From the human T2T-CHM13v2.0 reference genome, Homo sapiens: DNA of 64,000 nucleotides. The notes below the pieces were generated by a model. That model was not told the DNA's origin. It made no database searches and worked only from the letters and a program-made list of their open reading frames with translations. Location: the NCBI RefSeq assembly GCF_009914755.1, contig NC_060926.1; one strand, given 5' to 3'. The translations under genes were made by a program, and so were the position numbers. Shown here in pieces: positions 39,696-53,772 of this stretch (positions are counted from its first letter, which is position 1; every line of letters begins with the position of its first letter).

Positions 39696-42139
39696 GCCCT
39701 CTTAAGAGTTCTCAGATTTAGGCTCCTGAAACCACCTGCAGAGCTTCATGCCACTGTGGGGGTTATCAGTGTTTTTTTCTTGCCAACGAGTGAAATATTT
39801 CGGCAAATAAACACTTTACCTACAGCATAGAAATAGGAATTTATTTTGCAGCAAATAAACATAGTGGTGGGCTTAGCTACTCAAATGAGAACACATAACC
39901 CTACATTCATGCCTTTTATACCACCCATCATGTTGCATTTTATTTTCTACATTTGAGCCTCTCAATCCTCTACTTGTCTGTGAACTCTTCTAGGACATTC
40001 ATAATGCCCCACTCATTGCTGGCGAGTAAGGTGCTTCTGCTATTTCTCATATATCTCATGTTTCCATGTTTCTCATGTGTCCTTACAGAGATAGTCTATG
40101 CTATCTCTGTATAGCACAGAAGGAAGCTATCTAAGGAAATGTGTGCAGGGGTGTATATGTATATGTTTATATAGATACAGTTTAAATTATCCATTCTGAG
40201 AATTGTGTATGCAATATACTATCATATGTTAAACATGTATACACATATACTTTAGATCATATCTTATGCCAAAGTATCTAATACAGTTACTAAAGATTAC
40301 ATTGTTTTATTTGATACAGTGTCATAAAACTAACCATATAATCTCCACTTTGGTTGGACTGGATATAAAGTCATATGCAGTAGAATTACTGAATGCCTTC
40401 TTGAGACGCAAATGGACTGTTGCAGCTGACAAATGTGCCTTCACAGGATAAGTCCAAATATGACTGTTTCATGATATTGCTGATACAGACAGAGAAATTT
40501 AGGTGGCCTTAGGCAGCCTCTGATCACCGGTTAGTAAGTCTTTTCTAATGCCTTTGCTACTGGAAGAACTACTGAACCAATTTGTAAGACACAGAAAAGC
40601 TATGGCAGAATGTTTACCTCCTTAGCAAGTGTCAGCCTTGCTGAAGGGTTTAACGTTCATGAATGGAAAATATGGAGAGAAGTTTTATTTACAAAGTCCA
40701 TTTTAAGGCTTTTGTAAAAATGAAACATATTTCTCATGTTTTATCTTGGCTTACAACAATGCCCTAAAGTATGAAGATGTTTCTAAAGTAGTTTGTTCTA
40801 AAACATTTTGCTATTGGAATCCTGGGGGCCAGGTTCACAAAGAGAATAAAATAAAAGGAAACTCAGCCAAGAAAAATAGGAAAAGAGTGATTTTCTTTTT
40901 CTTTTTGTCAGACTCCCTAACTACATGAGGGATCTCACCAAACACTCTCCAGATTGTCCCTAACTAGGAGTCTGCTTTTGGTGAAAAGACAATGTCATGC
41001 CCTGCCTCTGATCCGGATTCTGGAAGAAACTGCCGTTCATCAGTTCCCTTGGGAGAGTCCAAGGCTCTGTCTCCATGGGGTGGAGAAGGTCTGCATCTTG
41101 GCCATATTATAGCAGAATTGCCCATATTATCTGCTTGAACTTTTTTTCCTCTTTATACTGCAGTTAAGCCATTTTTATTCATAGTCTCTCATTCCATAAT
41201 AGGAAGACTGATCTGTCAGTGTTATGGGAAAGAAAAGGGCTCTAGCTCACCTTTGTCTCTTGAGCAGTATGGTAACCTGAGGCAATGGCAGAGCACAGCA
41301 CTCTGCCTAACTATTTCAATTCTGTGTTTCCTCCCTCAGGGGCAGGTAGAGACTTCCATAAAAACCATCCTGATGAGCCCCTTTTCTTTTTTTCCACATA
41401 AGGAAAGGGAATTTGAAAGCTTGGTGCTAGGTGAAGCCTGAAGAAAGCAATTACGTTTGGTCAGAGGGAAACGAATGTGTTAACCAACATAATGGAGCCA
41501 GATGAACCTTAAACCAGATTGGACTAATGGCTGATGAATTTCTGGCAGGGCCTCTAGGGATTGGGTACAGCGGGGTTATTTGTTGGTTTGACTAGATTCG
41601 AAGTTTCTTTCTAGGTACTCTCTGAAGAGGGAGGACTAGGATAGAGGAGGCACTTGATACATACTAGTTTTCTTCCTTGCCCTTTCCCTATGCATCAGCT
41701 TTCTTCTTGCTACTTCCATTTCTCTTGGATAGCTTCAGTTAAGTCTCCTGTGTGTAGATATTTCCCCCTAAACCAGACACTAGTTTTGTTCCATGAGAGA
41801 AACTGAATCTATGGAGCTCTATCTAAAGCAACTCTCTCCAGGGGATTGAATTGCCCTCTGAAGAAGAGGATGCAGAAGGATGCAGCTGTGTAAGTAGGTG
41901 GAAGAAAGAACCACAGAAATGAGGCAGTTTGTCTTTAATGTGACTTTATTTGCACGTCCTGTTGGGTGAATTGTGGTAAAGTCAGGACAAGCAATCCATA
42001 GCAAATTCTTCAGCATGTTGTTCCCTATCCAAGTGCTCTTGAATAAGGACATAAAATTAAACATCTGTGGAATATCATGTTATACTGAGAGCATGCCCAT
42101 TGAAGAGCAGTAGGATATAAACATATAAACTCTACTCTG

Positions 42140-42360
42140 ATATGTAACATTAATTGAATGTGCATAATATACACCCTATTCCAAGCATTCCATGTAACTT
42201 ATCTCCTCAATCCTCCCAACAACCCAATAAGGTAGTACTGTTATGCTTTACTTTACGTATGAGGAAAATGGAGTTTAGAGATATTAAGTGACTTTCCCAA
42301 AGCAACATAATCAATAATTTGTGGATCTGGAATGTGAATGCAACTGGGTCTGCTCCAAAG
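42140..42360 (-). mobile_element. MIR, interrupted by an L1 and resuming at ~42900-42935
   Basis: aatcctcccaacaaccc...gaggaaaatggag...taagtgactttcccaaag. Confidence 0.75.
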
Positions 42361-42367
42361 ACTCTGA

Positions 42368-42899
42368 TTTTTTAATGTTTAATTTTTATTTTTAATTGAC
42401 AACAAATAGAATTGCCATATAGATATAGCAATGCCACTTCTATATATATAATATACATATATATCAAATACATATTATATATATAATATACATATATATC
42501 AAATACATATTATATATAATATACATATATATCAAATACATATTATATATATAATATACATACATATCAAATACATATTATATATAATATACATATATAT
42601 CAAATACATATTATATATAATATACATATATAATACCCATTTATATATATATATATATATAAATTGACACCAGTATCCCGAAAAGACATATGCCCTGTCA
42701 TGTTCATTGCAGTATTATTCACAATATCTAACATATGGAATCAACCTAAGTGTCCATCGGTTGATGAATGTATTTTAAAATGTGGCGTATATACACAGTA
42801 GAATACTATTCAGCCTTAAAAAAAGAAAGGAATTCTGTTATTTGCAACAACATGAATAAACATAGAGGGTATTATGCTAAGTAAAATAAGCCAGGCACA
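42368..42899. mobile_element. L1MA-type insertion with 5' inversion
   Basis: Antisense tail tttttatttttaattgaca (42368-42401) followed by a sense ORF2-end/3'UTR piece (42403-42899); TSD caaagact(c/a)tg(a/t)tttt. Confidence 0.8.
42441..42660. repeat. AT-rich minisatellite (33/35-bp units) inside the L1
   Basis: caaataca recurs at 42465, 42500, 42533, 42568 and 42601. Confidence 0.92.
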
Positions 42900-43719
42900 C
42901 AAAGACTATGTTTTTAGCCACTAGGCTAAGTTGTCTCCCTTGTTATTTACCTAAAATTACATAATTCCCTAAACTGAATTGGAAAGGATACACTAATTGC
43001 ACATTCTCCAGGCAGTAGAGCTGTTGGAGAATATTCAACATTCTTCACTCTCTCATTGCACTTGATGGGCATATGCTACGTAGTGAAAATAACTGTAGAT
43101 CCTATAATTTTTGTTTCTATATCTAAGAGAAGTGGAGAGAGTGAGAGAGATGTTTTTTCTCTTAAGAAAGGGAATGGATGGGGAACTATTATTGACTGAA
43201 TAGGTACTATGGAGAGGCACTATGTTGGACACTGCTTATATTGAATGACTTCTGTCTTTCAGGTAAATAAGGGTAACAAATGAGGCTACTTCTATATTTC
43301 TTTTCGCTCTCCAAATTTTCCGCCAATGAATATAAGGCAATATAAGTGCTAGATTCTGGGCTTTTGGAGTGTTTAGAGGTGTGCTGGGATATCAACTTAC
43401 ACTTCTATAGATTATATAATTACAATAATAAGTATCATTTACTACCTACATGTTTATAGGTTTATTATATCGCATATTATTATAGTGACATAATTCTACA
43501 CATATATGATTCAATATAAATCTGTTACTCAAGAGACTAGTGAGGCAAATTTAAGAAGAATGGAACTGTATACTAAAATACATGAAGTATAACTAAAAAT
43601 GCCCTTAATGTTCACAGATTGGAACTCTGTTTACTCTAGGGACCAGAGTAAACAGAAGACTTTTGGAGTAGGTAATACTTGAGCTTGACTTTTTGTGGGT
43701 AGAAATGAATTAATTGTTT

Positions 43720-43914
43720 GGGCTCTGCCAGACTAGCTGTCATCAGAACAACTCTCCCACCAACAATGCCAGAAAAGTGGATTTAAGAACTATTGTTTAA
43801 AGGCATTGGAGAGCTCCTAAGCAGCAAGGACTTTAGGGTCCTATACAAAAGGAAAGCTCAGAGATGCAAGCATAACATTTGACACTGCTTCATCAACCAA
43901 GATATTAGCCAATT
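43720..43914 (+). mobile_element. Old L1ME-type 5' region (left part; resumes at 53773)
   Basis: aactctcccaccaacaat...aaaagtggat...aaggcattggagagc. Confidence 0.6.
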
Positions 43915-46590
43915 CTCAACAGCCTACCCACCACCACCACCACCAAACCCCGGACCCAGACTGATTTACAGCTGAATTCTACCAGAGGTACGAAGGGGAG
44001 CTGTTACCATTTATTCTGAAAATATTCCAAACAATTGAAAAGGAGGGATTCCTCCCTAACTCATTTTATGAGGCCAGAATCATCCCGATACCAAAACCTG
44101 GCAGTGATACAACAAAAAAGAGAAAACTTCAGGGCAATATTCCTGATGAACATTGATCCAAAAATCCTCAATAAAATACTGGCAAACTGAATACAGCAGC
44201 ACATCAAAAAGTTTATCCACCACAATCAAGTTGGCTTCATCCCCAGGATGCAAGGTTGGTTCAACATATGCAAATCAATAAATGTAATTCATCACATAAA
44301 AAGAACTGAAGACAAAAACCACGTGACTAACTGATAGATGCAGAAAAGGCCTTCAACATAATTCAACATCCCTTCATGTTAAAAACTCTTAATAAACTAG
44401 GTATTGAAGGAACATACCTCAAAATAATAAGAGCCATTTATGACAAACTCACAGCTAATATCATACTGAATGGGCAAAAGCTGGAAGCATTTCTCTTGAA
44501 AACTGGCACAAGACAAGGATGCATTCTCCCATCACTCCTATTCAACATAGTATTAGAAGTTCTGGCCAGGGCAATCAGGCAAGTGAAAGAAATAAAGGGT
44601 ACTCAAATAAGAAGAGAGGAAGTCAAATCGTCTTTATTTGCAGATGAAATGATCTTCTTATATTTAGAAAACCCCATCATCTCAGCCCAAAAGCTTCTTA
44701 AGCTGATAAGCAACTTATCTCAGGATGCAAAACCAATGTGCAAAAATCACAAGCATTCCTATACACAACAGATAAGCGGAGGGCCAAATCACAAATGTAC
44801 TCCTATTTGTAATTGCTACAAAGAGAATAAAATACCTAGAAATACAGCTAACAAGGGAAGTGAAGGACCTCCTCAAGGAGAACTATAAACCACTACTCAA
44901 GGAAATCAGAGAGGACAGAAACAAATGGAAAAATATTCCATGCTCATGGATAGGAAGAATGAATATTGTGAAAATGGTCATACTGCCCAAAGTAATTTAT
45001 AGATTCAATGCTATTCCCATTAAACTACCATTGACATTCTTCACAGAATCAGAAAAAAACCTTTTAAAAAATTCATATGGAACCAAAAAAGAGCCTGTAT
45101 AGACAAGACAATACTAAGCAAAAAGAACAAAGCTATAGGCATCATGCTACCCGAATTCAAAGTATACTACAAGGCTACAGTAACTGAAACAGCATGAACT
45201 GGTACAACAGCAGACACACAGACCAACAGAACAAAATAGAGAACTCAGAAATAAGACCGCACATCAACAACCATCTGATCTTTGACAAACCTGACAAAAA
45301 CAAGCAATGGGGAAAGGATTCCCTATGCAATAAATAGTGCTGGGAGAACTGGCTATCCATATGCAGAAAATTGAAACTTGACCACTTTCTTACACCTTAT
45401 ACAAAAATTAACTCAAGATGGATTAAAGACTTACATGTAATACTCAAAACTATAAAAATCCTATAAGAAAATCTAGGCAATACTATTCAGAACATAGGCA
45501 TGGGCAAAGATTTCATGATGAAGATGCCAAAAGCAATTGCAACAAAAGTAAAAAATGGCAAATGGAATCTAATTAAACTGAAGAGCTTCTGCACAGCAAA
45601 AGAAACTACTATCAGAGTGAACAGACAACCTATAGGATGGGAGAAAATGTTTGCAATTTATCCATCTGGCAAAGGTCTAATATCCAGAGTCTGCAAAGGA
45701 CTTAAACAAATTTACAAGAAAGAAAAAACAATCAATCTTATTAAAAAGTTCGCAAAGGATATGAACAGACACGTCTCAGAAAAAAACATTTATGCGGCCA
45801 ACAAATATATGAAAAAAAGCTCAACATCGCTGATCATTAGAGAAAAGCAAATCAAAACCTCAATGAGATACTATCCCATGACAATCAGAATGGTGATTAT
45901 TAAAAAGTCAAGAAACAACAGATGCCAATAAGGTTGCAGAGAAATAGGAATGCTTTTACACCGTTGATGGGAATGTAAATAAGTTCAACCATTGTGGAAA
46001 ACAGTGTGGCTACTCCTCAAAGATCTAGAACCAGAAATACCATTTGATCCAGCCATCTCATTACTGGGTATATACACAAAGGAATATAAATCATTCTGTT
46101 ATAAAGATTCATGCATGTGTATGTTCATTGCAGCACTATTCACAATAGCAAAGACATGGAATCAATGGAAATGCCCATCAGTGATAGGCTGGATAAAGAA
46201 AATGTGGTAGTGGTACACATACACTATAGAATACTATGCAGTCATGAAAAGGAATGAGATCATGTTCTTTGCAGAGACACGAATGGAGCTGGAATCCATT
46301 ATCTTCAGCAAACTAGTGCAGGAACAGAAAAACAAACTCCACATGTTCTTATAACTGGGAACTGACCAATGAGAACACATGGACACAGGGAGGGGAACAA
46401 CACACACTGGGGCCTATTGGGGGGGCAGAAAGGGACAACATAAGGAAAAATAGCTAATGCATGCTGGGCTTAATATCTAGGTGATGGGTTGATAGGTGTG
46501 GCAAACCACCATGACACACATTTACCTATTTAACCTGCACATCCTGCACATGCACCCTGGAACTTAAAAAAATAAAAAATAAAATAAAAA
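43915..46590 (+). mobile_element. L1PA (PA11-13-like), 5'-truncated within ORF2, inactive
   Basis: ORF2 RT remnants ([24 protein letters not shown]..., [18 protein letters not shown]) with frameshifts and stops; L1PA 3'UTR; A-rich tail 46566-46590. Confidence 0.96.
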
Positions 46591-46704
46591 TCTTTAAATG
46601 CAAAATATCTGATATTTCTCCAATTTCATTCACAAAATAACCAATTTTAGTGTCTCTAAGTTTTTTTTCTGATAATTCTCAGCATAATGAATTGTGTGCT
46701 TACT

Positions 46705-46828
46705 TTATTTTTAACTTTATAAACTTCATTGAGATATAATTTTTATATGACAAAATGCATAAATGTTAAGAGTACAGCTTGATGAGGTTTTGACAAATCT
46801 GTACCTCCATGTAACCTCTATCTTAATG
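46705..46828 (-). mobile_element. Old L1M(B/E) 3' end, left part (resumes at 53426)
   Basis: ttcattgagatataat...aagagtacagcttgatgag...tttgacaaat. Confidence 0.75.
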
Positions 46829-49060
46829 AAGATACATCTGCCAGAAGCAAGACTTAGGACTAGCTTGCAGCTTCTGCTCAGACAGAGCAACATGTGGAGA
46901 CTCACATCGTGAACTTTTGCTCCAAGAACTACCACGGGAATATATCAGGAAAGCCGAGAGTATCCACAGACCCTTTGAAGGAACTGGATCACCACTGCAG
47001 GCTCTCTGAGACACTGAAAAACCATGTCTGCTTACTTTCTCAGTGGGGAAGCTTTTGGTCTGGGGCAAGTTCTCAGCCCTGGTCACCAGCTGCCTGGAAA
47101 TAGACTACGTGCTGTTGGAGGGGCACAGTGAGAGTGAGACCAGCCTTTAGGACTGTGGGCTGCATGGGAACAGGGGTGAGGCCTGTGACTGCCAGCTTTC
47201 CCCCACTTTCCTGGTGACCTGTATGACTCAACAGAGGCAGCCATAATTCCCATGAGAATATAACTCCATTGTACTGGGAACCACACCCCTATTCCCCACA
47301 GCAGCCATAGCAAGCCCTGCCCAAGAAAAGGCTGAGCTCAGACACTCCTTATCCCTGCCCCAACCTGGTGGTCTTTCTCTACCCACCCTGGAAGCCAAAT
47401 ACAAAGGTCATAATGTCTTGGGAGTTCTATGGCCCTGCCCACTGAGAAACCTGAATACTTAACCAGGTGTCCCTAGGGAAAGTTTGCATCCTCCCTATAG
47501 AATTGCAGTTGATGCACTCTTGGAAGCACCACCCCCTGACTGGAGGCCAACCAACAAAACCAGCACACTAAACAAAACACGACCAAGGACCCTCACAGAG
47601 TCCACTTCACTCCCCTGCTACCTCCACCAAAGCAGGTGCTGGTATCCACAACTGCATGACCTGAAGACAGATCACATCACAGGACTCTTTGCAGATACTC
47701 CCCAGTACCAGCCCAGGGCCTGGTAGCTCCGCTGGGTGGCTAGACCCAGAAGAGCAAAAACAATTGCTACAGTTTGGCTCTCAGGAAGCCCCATTCCTAG
47801 GGGAAGGGGGAGAACACCACATTAAAGTAGCACTCTGTAGGACAAAAGGCTCTGAACAGCAGCCCTTGAGTCCCAGATCTTCCTTCTGACATAGTCTACC
47901 CAAGTGAGAATGAACTAGAAAAACAATTTTCATAATATTACAAACCAAGGTTCTTTAACACACCCAAAATATCATAGCAGCTCACCAGCAATGAATCCAA
48001 ACGAAGACGAAATCTCTGAATTACCAGAAAAAGAATTCAAAAGGTTGATTATTAAGCTAATCAAGGAGGCACCAGAGAAAGGTGAAGTCCAACTTAAAGA
48101 AATAAGAAACATGATACAGGATATGAAAGGAAGATTCTTCAGTGAAATAGCATAAATAAAAAACAATCACAACTTCTGGAAATCAAGGACATACTTAGAG
48201 AAATGCAAAATACACTGGAAAGTCTGAGCAATAGAATCAAAGAAGCCGAAGAAAGAACTTCAGAGCTTGAAGACAAGGCTTTTGAATTACCCAATCTGTC
48301 AAAGACAAAGAAAAAAGAATTTTAAAAAATGAACAAAGCCTTCAAGAAGTTTGGGACTATGTTAAATGTTCAAACCTAAGATTAATTGGTGTTCATAAGA
48401 AAGAAGAGAAATCTAAAAGTAGAAAATAATCAAGGAAAACTTCCCCAGCTTGCTAGAGATCTAGACATCCAAACACAAGAAACTCAAAGAACACCTGGGA
48501 AATCCATTGCAAAAAGATCGTTGCCTAGGCATGTAGTCATCAGGTTATCTAAAGTCAAGATGAAGGAAAGAATCTTAAGAGCTATGAGGCAAAAGCATCA
48601 GGTAACCTGTAAAGGAAAACCTATCATATTAACAGCAGATTTCTCAGAAGAATCCCTACAAGTTAGAAGGAATTGGGATCTTATTTTTAGCTTCCTTTAA
48701 CAAAACAAATCATCCAGAAATTTCATATCCAGCAAAACTAAGCTTCATAAATAAAGGAAAGATACAGTTTTTTTTCCAGACAAATGCTGAGAGAATTCAC
48801 CACTACCAAGCCAGGACTACAAGAACTGCTAAAAGAAGCTCTAAATCTTGAAATATATTCTTGAAATACATCAAAATAGAATATCCTTAAAGCATAAATC
48901 TCACAAGACCTATATAATGATAACACAATGCAAAACAAAACAAAAGCCCACACCAGATACTCAGGCAACAGATAGCATGATGAATAGAATAGTGTCTCAT
49001 GTCTCCCTACTAACATTAAATGTAAGTATTCTAAATGCTCCACTTGAAAGATACAGAATG

Positions 49061-49367
<307 letters not shown>

Positions 49368-50337
49368 AAAGATACAGAATGGCAGAATGGATAAGAAATT
49401 CAACCAAATTTCTGCTGTCCTCAAGAGATTCACCTAATGCATAAGGACTGGGTTGGAAAAAGATATTCCATGCAAATGGACCCCAAAAGTGAGCAGGAGT
49501 AGCTATTCTTATATCAGACAAAAGAAACTTTAAGGCAACAGCATTAAAAAGACTAACAGGGACAGTATATAGTGATAAAAGGACTAGTCCAACAGGAAAA
49601 TATCACAATTCTAAATATATAGGTACCTAACACTGGAGCTCTTAATCTTATAAAACAATTACTACCAGACCTAAGAAATGAGAGGGCAACACAATAATAG
49701 AGGGGGAGTTTAATACTCCACTGATAGTGCCAGATAGGTTATCAAGACAGAACATCAACAAAGAAATAATGGACTTAAACTATACACTACAAGAAATGGA
49801 CTTAACAGATATGTATAGAACATTCTACCCAACAACTACAGAATATACATTTTATTCATCAGCATGTGGAATATTCTTCAAGATAGATTATATGATAGGC
49901 CACAAAACAAATCTCAGTAAAATTAAGAAAATCAAAATTATATCAAGTACTATTCAGACCACAGTGGAATAAAATTGGAAATCAACTCCAAAAGGAACCC
50001 TCAAAACCATGCAAATACATGGAAATTAAATAACTTGCTCTTGAGTGATCATTGGCTCAACAATGAAATCAAGATGGAAATTAAAAATTTCTTTGAACTG
50101 AACAGTAATAGTGACAAAACCTATCAAAACCTCTGGGATACAGCAAAAGCAGTGCTAAGAGGAAAGTTCGTAGCATTAAATGCCTACATCAAAGAGTCTG
50201 AAAGAGCACAAATAGACAATCTGAAGTCACACATTACAGAACTGGAGAAACAAAAACAATTTAAGCCTGAACCCAGCAAAAAATAAATAACAAAGGTCAG
50301 AGAAGAACTAAATGAAATTGAAACAAACAAAAAACAC

Positions 50338-50434
50338 AAAAGATAAAACCAAAAGCTCGTTCTTTGAAAAGATAAAACCAAAAGCTCGTTCTTTGAAAAG
50401 ATAAAACCAAAAGCTCGTTCTTTGAAAAGATAAA
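50338..50434. repeat. 29-bp perfect tandem repeat (3.3 copies) within L1PB ORF2
   Basis: aaaagataaaaccaaaagctcgttctttg at 50338, 50367 and 50396. Confidence 0.97.
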
Positions 50435-53425
50435 TACAATTGATAGACTATTAGTGGGATTAACCAAGAAAAGAAGACAGAAGATCCAAATAAGCTCAAT
50501 TAGAAACAAAATGGGAGATATTACAACTGATACCACAGAAATACAAAAGATTATTCAGGTCCACTGTGAACACTTTTATACGCATAAACTAGAAAGCCTA
50601 GAGAAGATGGATAAATTCTTGGAAATATACAACCCTCCTAGATTAAACCAGAAAGATATAGAATCTCTGAACAGGCAAATCGCAAGGATTGAGATTGAAA
50701 TGGTAAAAAAAATTGCCAAAAAAAGAAAAAAAAATCCAGGACCGGATGGATTCACAGCTGAATTCTATCAGACATTCAAAGAAGAACTGGTACCAATTCT
50801 ATTGACACTATTTCAAAAGATAGAGAAAGAGTAAATCCTCCCTAAATCATTTTGTGAAGCCAGTATCACCCTAATACCAAAACCAGGGAAGGACATAACA
50901 AGAAAAGAAAACTACAGACCATATCCCTGATGAACATAGATGCAAAAATGCTTAAAAAAATGCTAGTGAACTGAATCCAACAGTATGTCAAAAAGATAAT
51001 CCACCATGATCAAGTGGGTTTTATGCCAGGGATGCAGGGATGGTTTAACATCCATAAGTTGATAAATGTGATACACCACATAAACAGAATTAAAAACAAA
51101 AATCACATGATCATCTCAATAGATGCAGAAAAGCATTTGACAAAATCCAGCATCTCTTTATGATTAAAACCCTCAACAAAATCGGCATAGAAGGGACATA
51201 CCTTAAGATAATAAAATGCATCTACAACAAGCCCACAGCCAACATTATATTGAATGGGGAAAAATCGAAAGCATTCCCCCTAAGAACAGGAATAAGACAA
51301 GGATACCTACTTTTAAAACTTCTACTCAACATAGTACTGGAACTCCTAGCCAGAGCAATCAGACAAGAGAAGGAAATAAAGGGCATCCAAATTTGTAAAG
51401 AGGAAGTCAAACTGTCGCTGTTTGCTGATGATATGATTGTATGGCTAGAGAACCCTAAAGAATCATCCAAAAAGCTCCTAGAACTGGTAAATGAATTCAG
51501 CAATGTTTCAGGATACAAAATTAATGTACACAAATCAGTAGCTCTGCTATACACCAACAGCAACCAAGTTGAGAATCAAATCAAGAACTCAATCCCTTTC
51601 ACAAGAGCTGCAAAAATAAAATAAAATGCTTAGAAATATACCAAACCAAGGATGTGAAAGACCTCCACAAGAAAAACTACAAAACACTGCTGAAAGAAAT
51701 CATAGATGACACAAACAAATAGAAACACATCCCATGCTCATGGATGGATGGAATCAATATTGTGAAAATGACCATACTGCCAGAAGCAATCTACAAATTC
51801 AATGTAATTCCCATCAAAATACTACCATCATTCTTCACAGAACTAAAAAAAATCCTAAAATTCATATAGAACCAAAAAAGAGCCTGCATAGCCAAAGCAA
51901 GACTAAGCAAAAAGAACAAATCTGGAGGCATCACATTACCCAACTTCAAACTATACTATAAAGCCATAGTCCCCAAAACAGCATGGTACTGGTATAAGAA
52001 TAGGCACATAAATCAATGGACAGAATAGAGAACCCAGAAATAAAGCCAAATGCGGCAAACTTGTCTTCAACAAAGCAAACAAAAACATAAAGTGGAGAAA
52101 CCCTATTCAACAAATGTTGCTGGGATAATTGGCAAGCCACATATAGAAGAATGGAACTGGCTCCTCATCTCTCACCTTATACAAAAATCAACTCAAGCTG
52201 GAACAAAGACTTAAATCTAAGAACTGAAACTATAAAGATTCTAGAAGATAACATCAGAAAAAATCTTCTAGACATTGGCTTAGACAAAGACTTCATGACC
52301 AAGAACACAAAAGCAAATGCAACAAAAACAAAGTAGATGGGACTTAACCAAACTAAAAAGCTTCTGCACAGCAAAAGAAATAATCAGCAGAGTTAACAGA
52401 CAACCCATAGAGTCAGAGAAGATCTTCACAATCTATATATCTGACAAAGGACTAATATCTGGAATCTACAAGGAACATAAACAAATCAGCAAGGAAAAAA
52501 TAAACAATCTAATCAAAAAGTGGGCTAAGGACATGAATAGACAATTCTCAAAAGAAGATATACAAATGGCAGACAAGCATATGGAAAAATGCTCAACATC
52601 ACTAATTATCCAGGAAATGCAAATCAAAACTACAATGCAATACCACCTCACTCCTGCAAGAATGGCCATAATCAAACAATCAAAAAATAACAGATGTTGC
52701 TATGGATGCGGTGAAAAGGGAAAAACACTTTTACACTGTTGATGGGAATGTAAACTAGTACAACCACTATGGAAAACAGTGTGGAGATTCCTTAAAGAAC
52801 TAAAAGTAGATCGACCATTTGATCTAGAAATCCCACTACTAGGTACCTGCACAGAGGGAAATAAGTCATTATTACCAAAAAGATACTTGCACACACGTTT
52901 ACAGGAACACAATTTGCAATTGCAAAAATATGGAACCAGCCCAAATGCCCATCAATCAATGAGTGGATAAAGGAAATGTGGTATATAAATACCATGGAAT
53001 ACTACTCAGCCATAAGAAGGAATGAATTAATGGCATTCGCAGCAACCTGGATGGAATTGAAGACTATCATTCTAAGTGAAGTAACTCGGGAATGGAAAGC
53101 CAAACATTGTACGTTCTCACTCATATGTGAGATCTAAGCTCTGAAGACGCAAAGGCATAAGAATGATACGTTGGACTCTGGGGACTTAGGGGAAAGAGTG
53201 GGGTGGCAAGGGATAAAAGACTACACATTAGGTACAGGGTACACTGCTTGGGTGATGGGTGTACCAAAATCTCAGAAATCACCACTGAAGAACTTACTCA
53301 TGTAACCAAACACCACTGGTTCCCCAAAAACCTAGTGAAATAAAAAAATTAAAGCTTAAAAGTAAAAAAGAAAAAAAGAAAAAGAAAAAAATAAAGAGGA
53401 TAGAACAAAAAAAAAAGATACATCT

Positions 53426-53749
53426 CCCAAAAAGTTTTCTCATGCCATTCCCAGTGAAAACCCTGCCTCCCAAGGAACTACTGATACAGTTTCTATCACC
53501 ATGGTTTAGTTTTTTCTGTTCTAGAACTTGAGATAAATGGAACCATTCAGGATTTACTCTTTTGTGTTAGGTTTCTTTGGTATACATAGCATTTATGGGA
53601 TTTCTTGAAGTTGTTGCATGTATTAGTTCTTCCATGTTTATTGTGGACTCGTATTTCATTGTATGAATATACCACATTCTCTTATTGATAAACTTTGAAT
53701 TTTTTCTACATTGTGGCTGTCATGAATACAGATGTTATGAGCATTCTTT
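53426..53749 (-). mobile_element. Old L1M(B/E) 3' region, right part
   Basis: cccaaaaagttttctcatgcc...ctgttctagaactt...ataaatggaacc...gtatttcattgtatgaatatacc. Confidence 0.8.
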
Positions 53750-53772
53750 AAAAAAAAAGATATTAGCCAATT

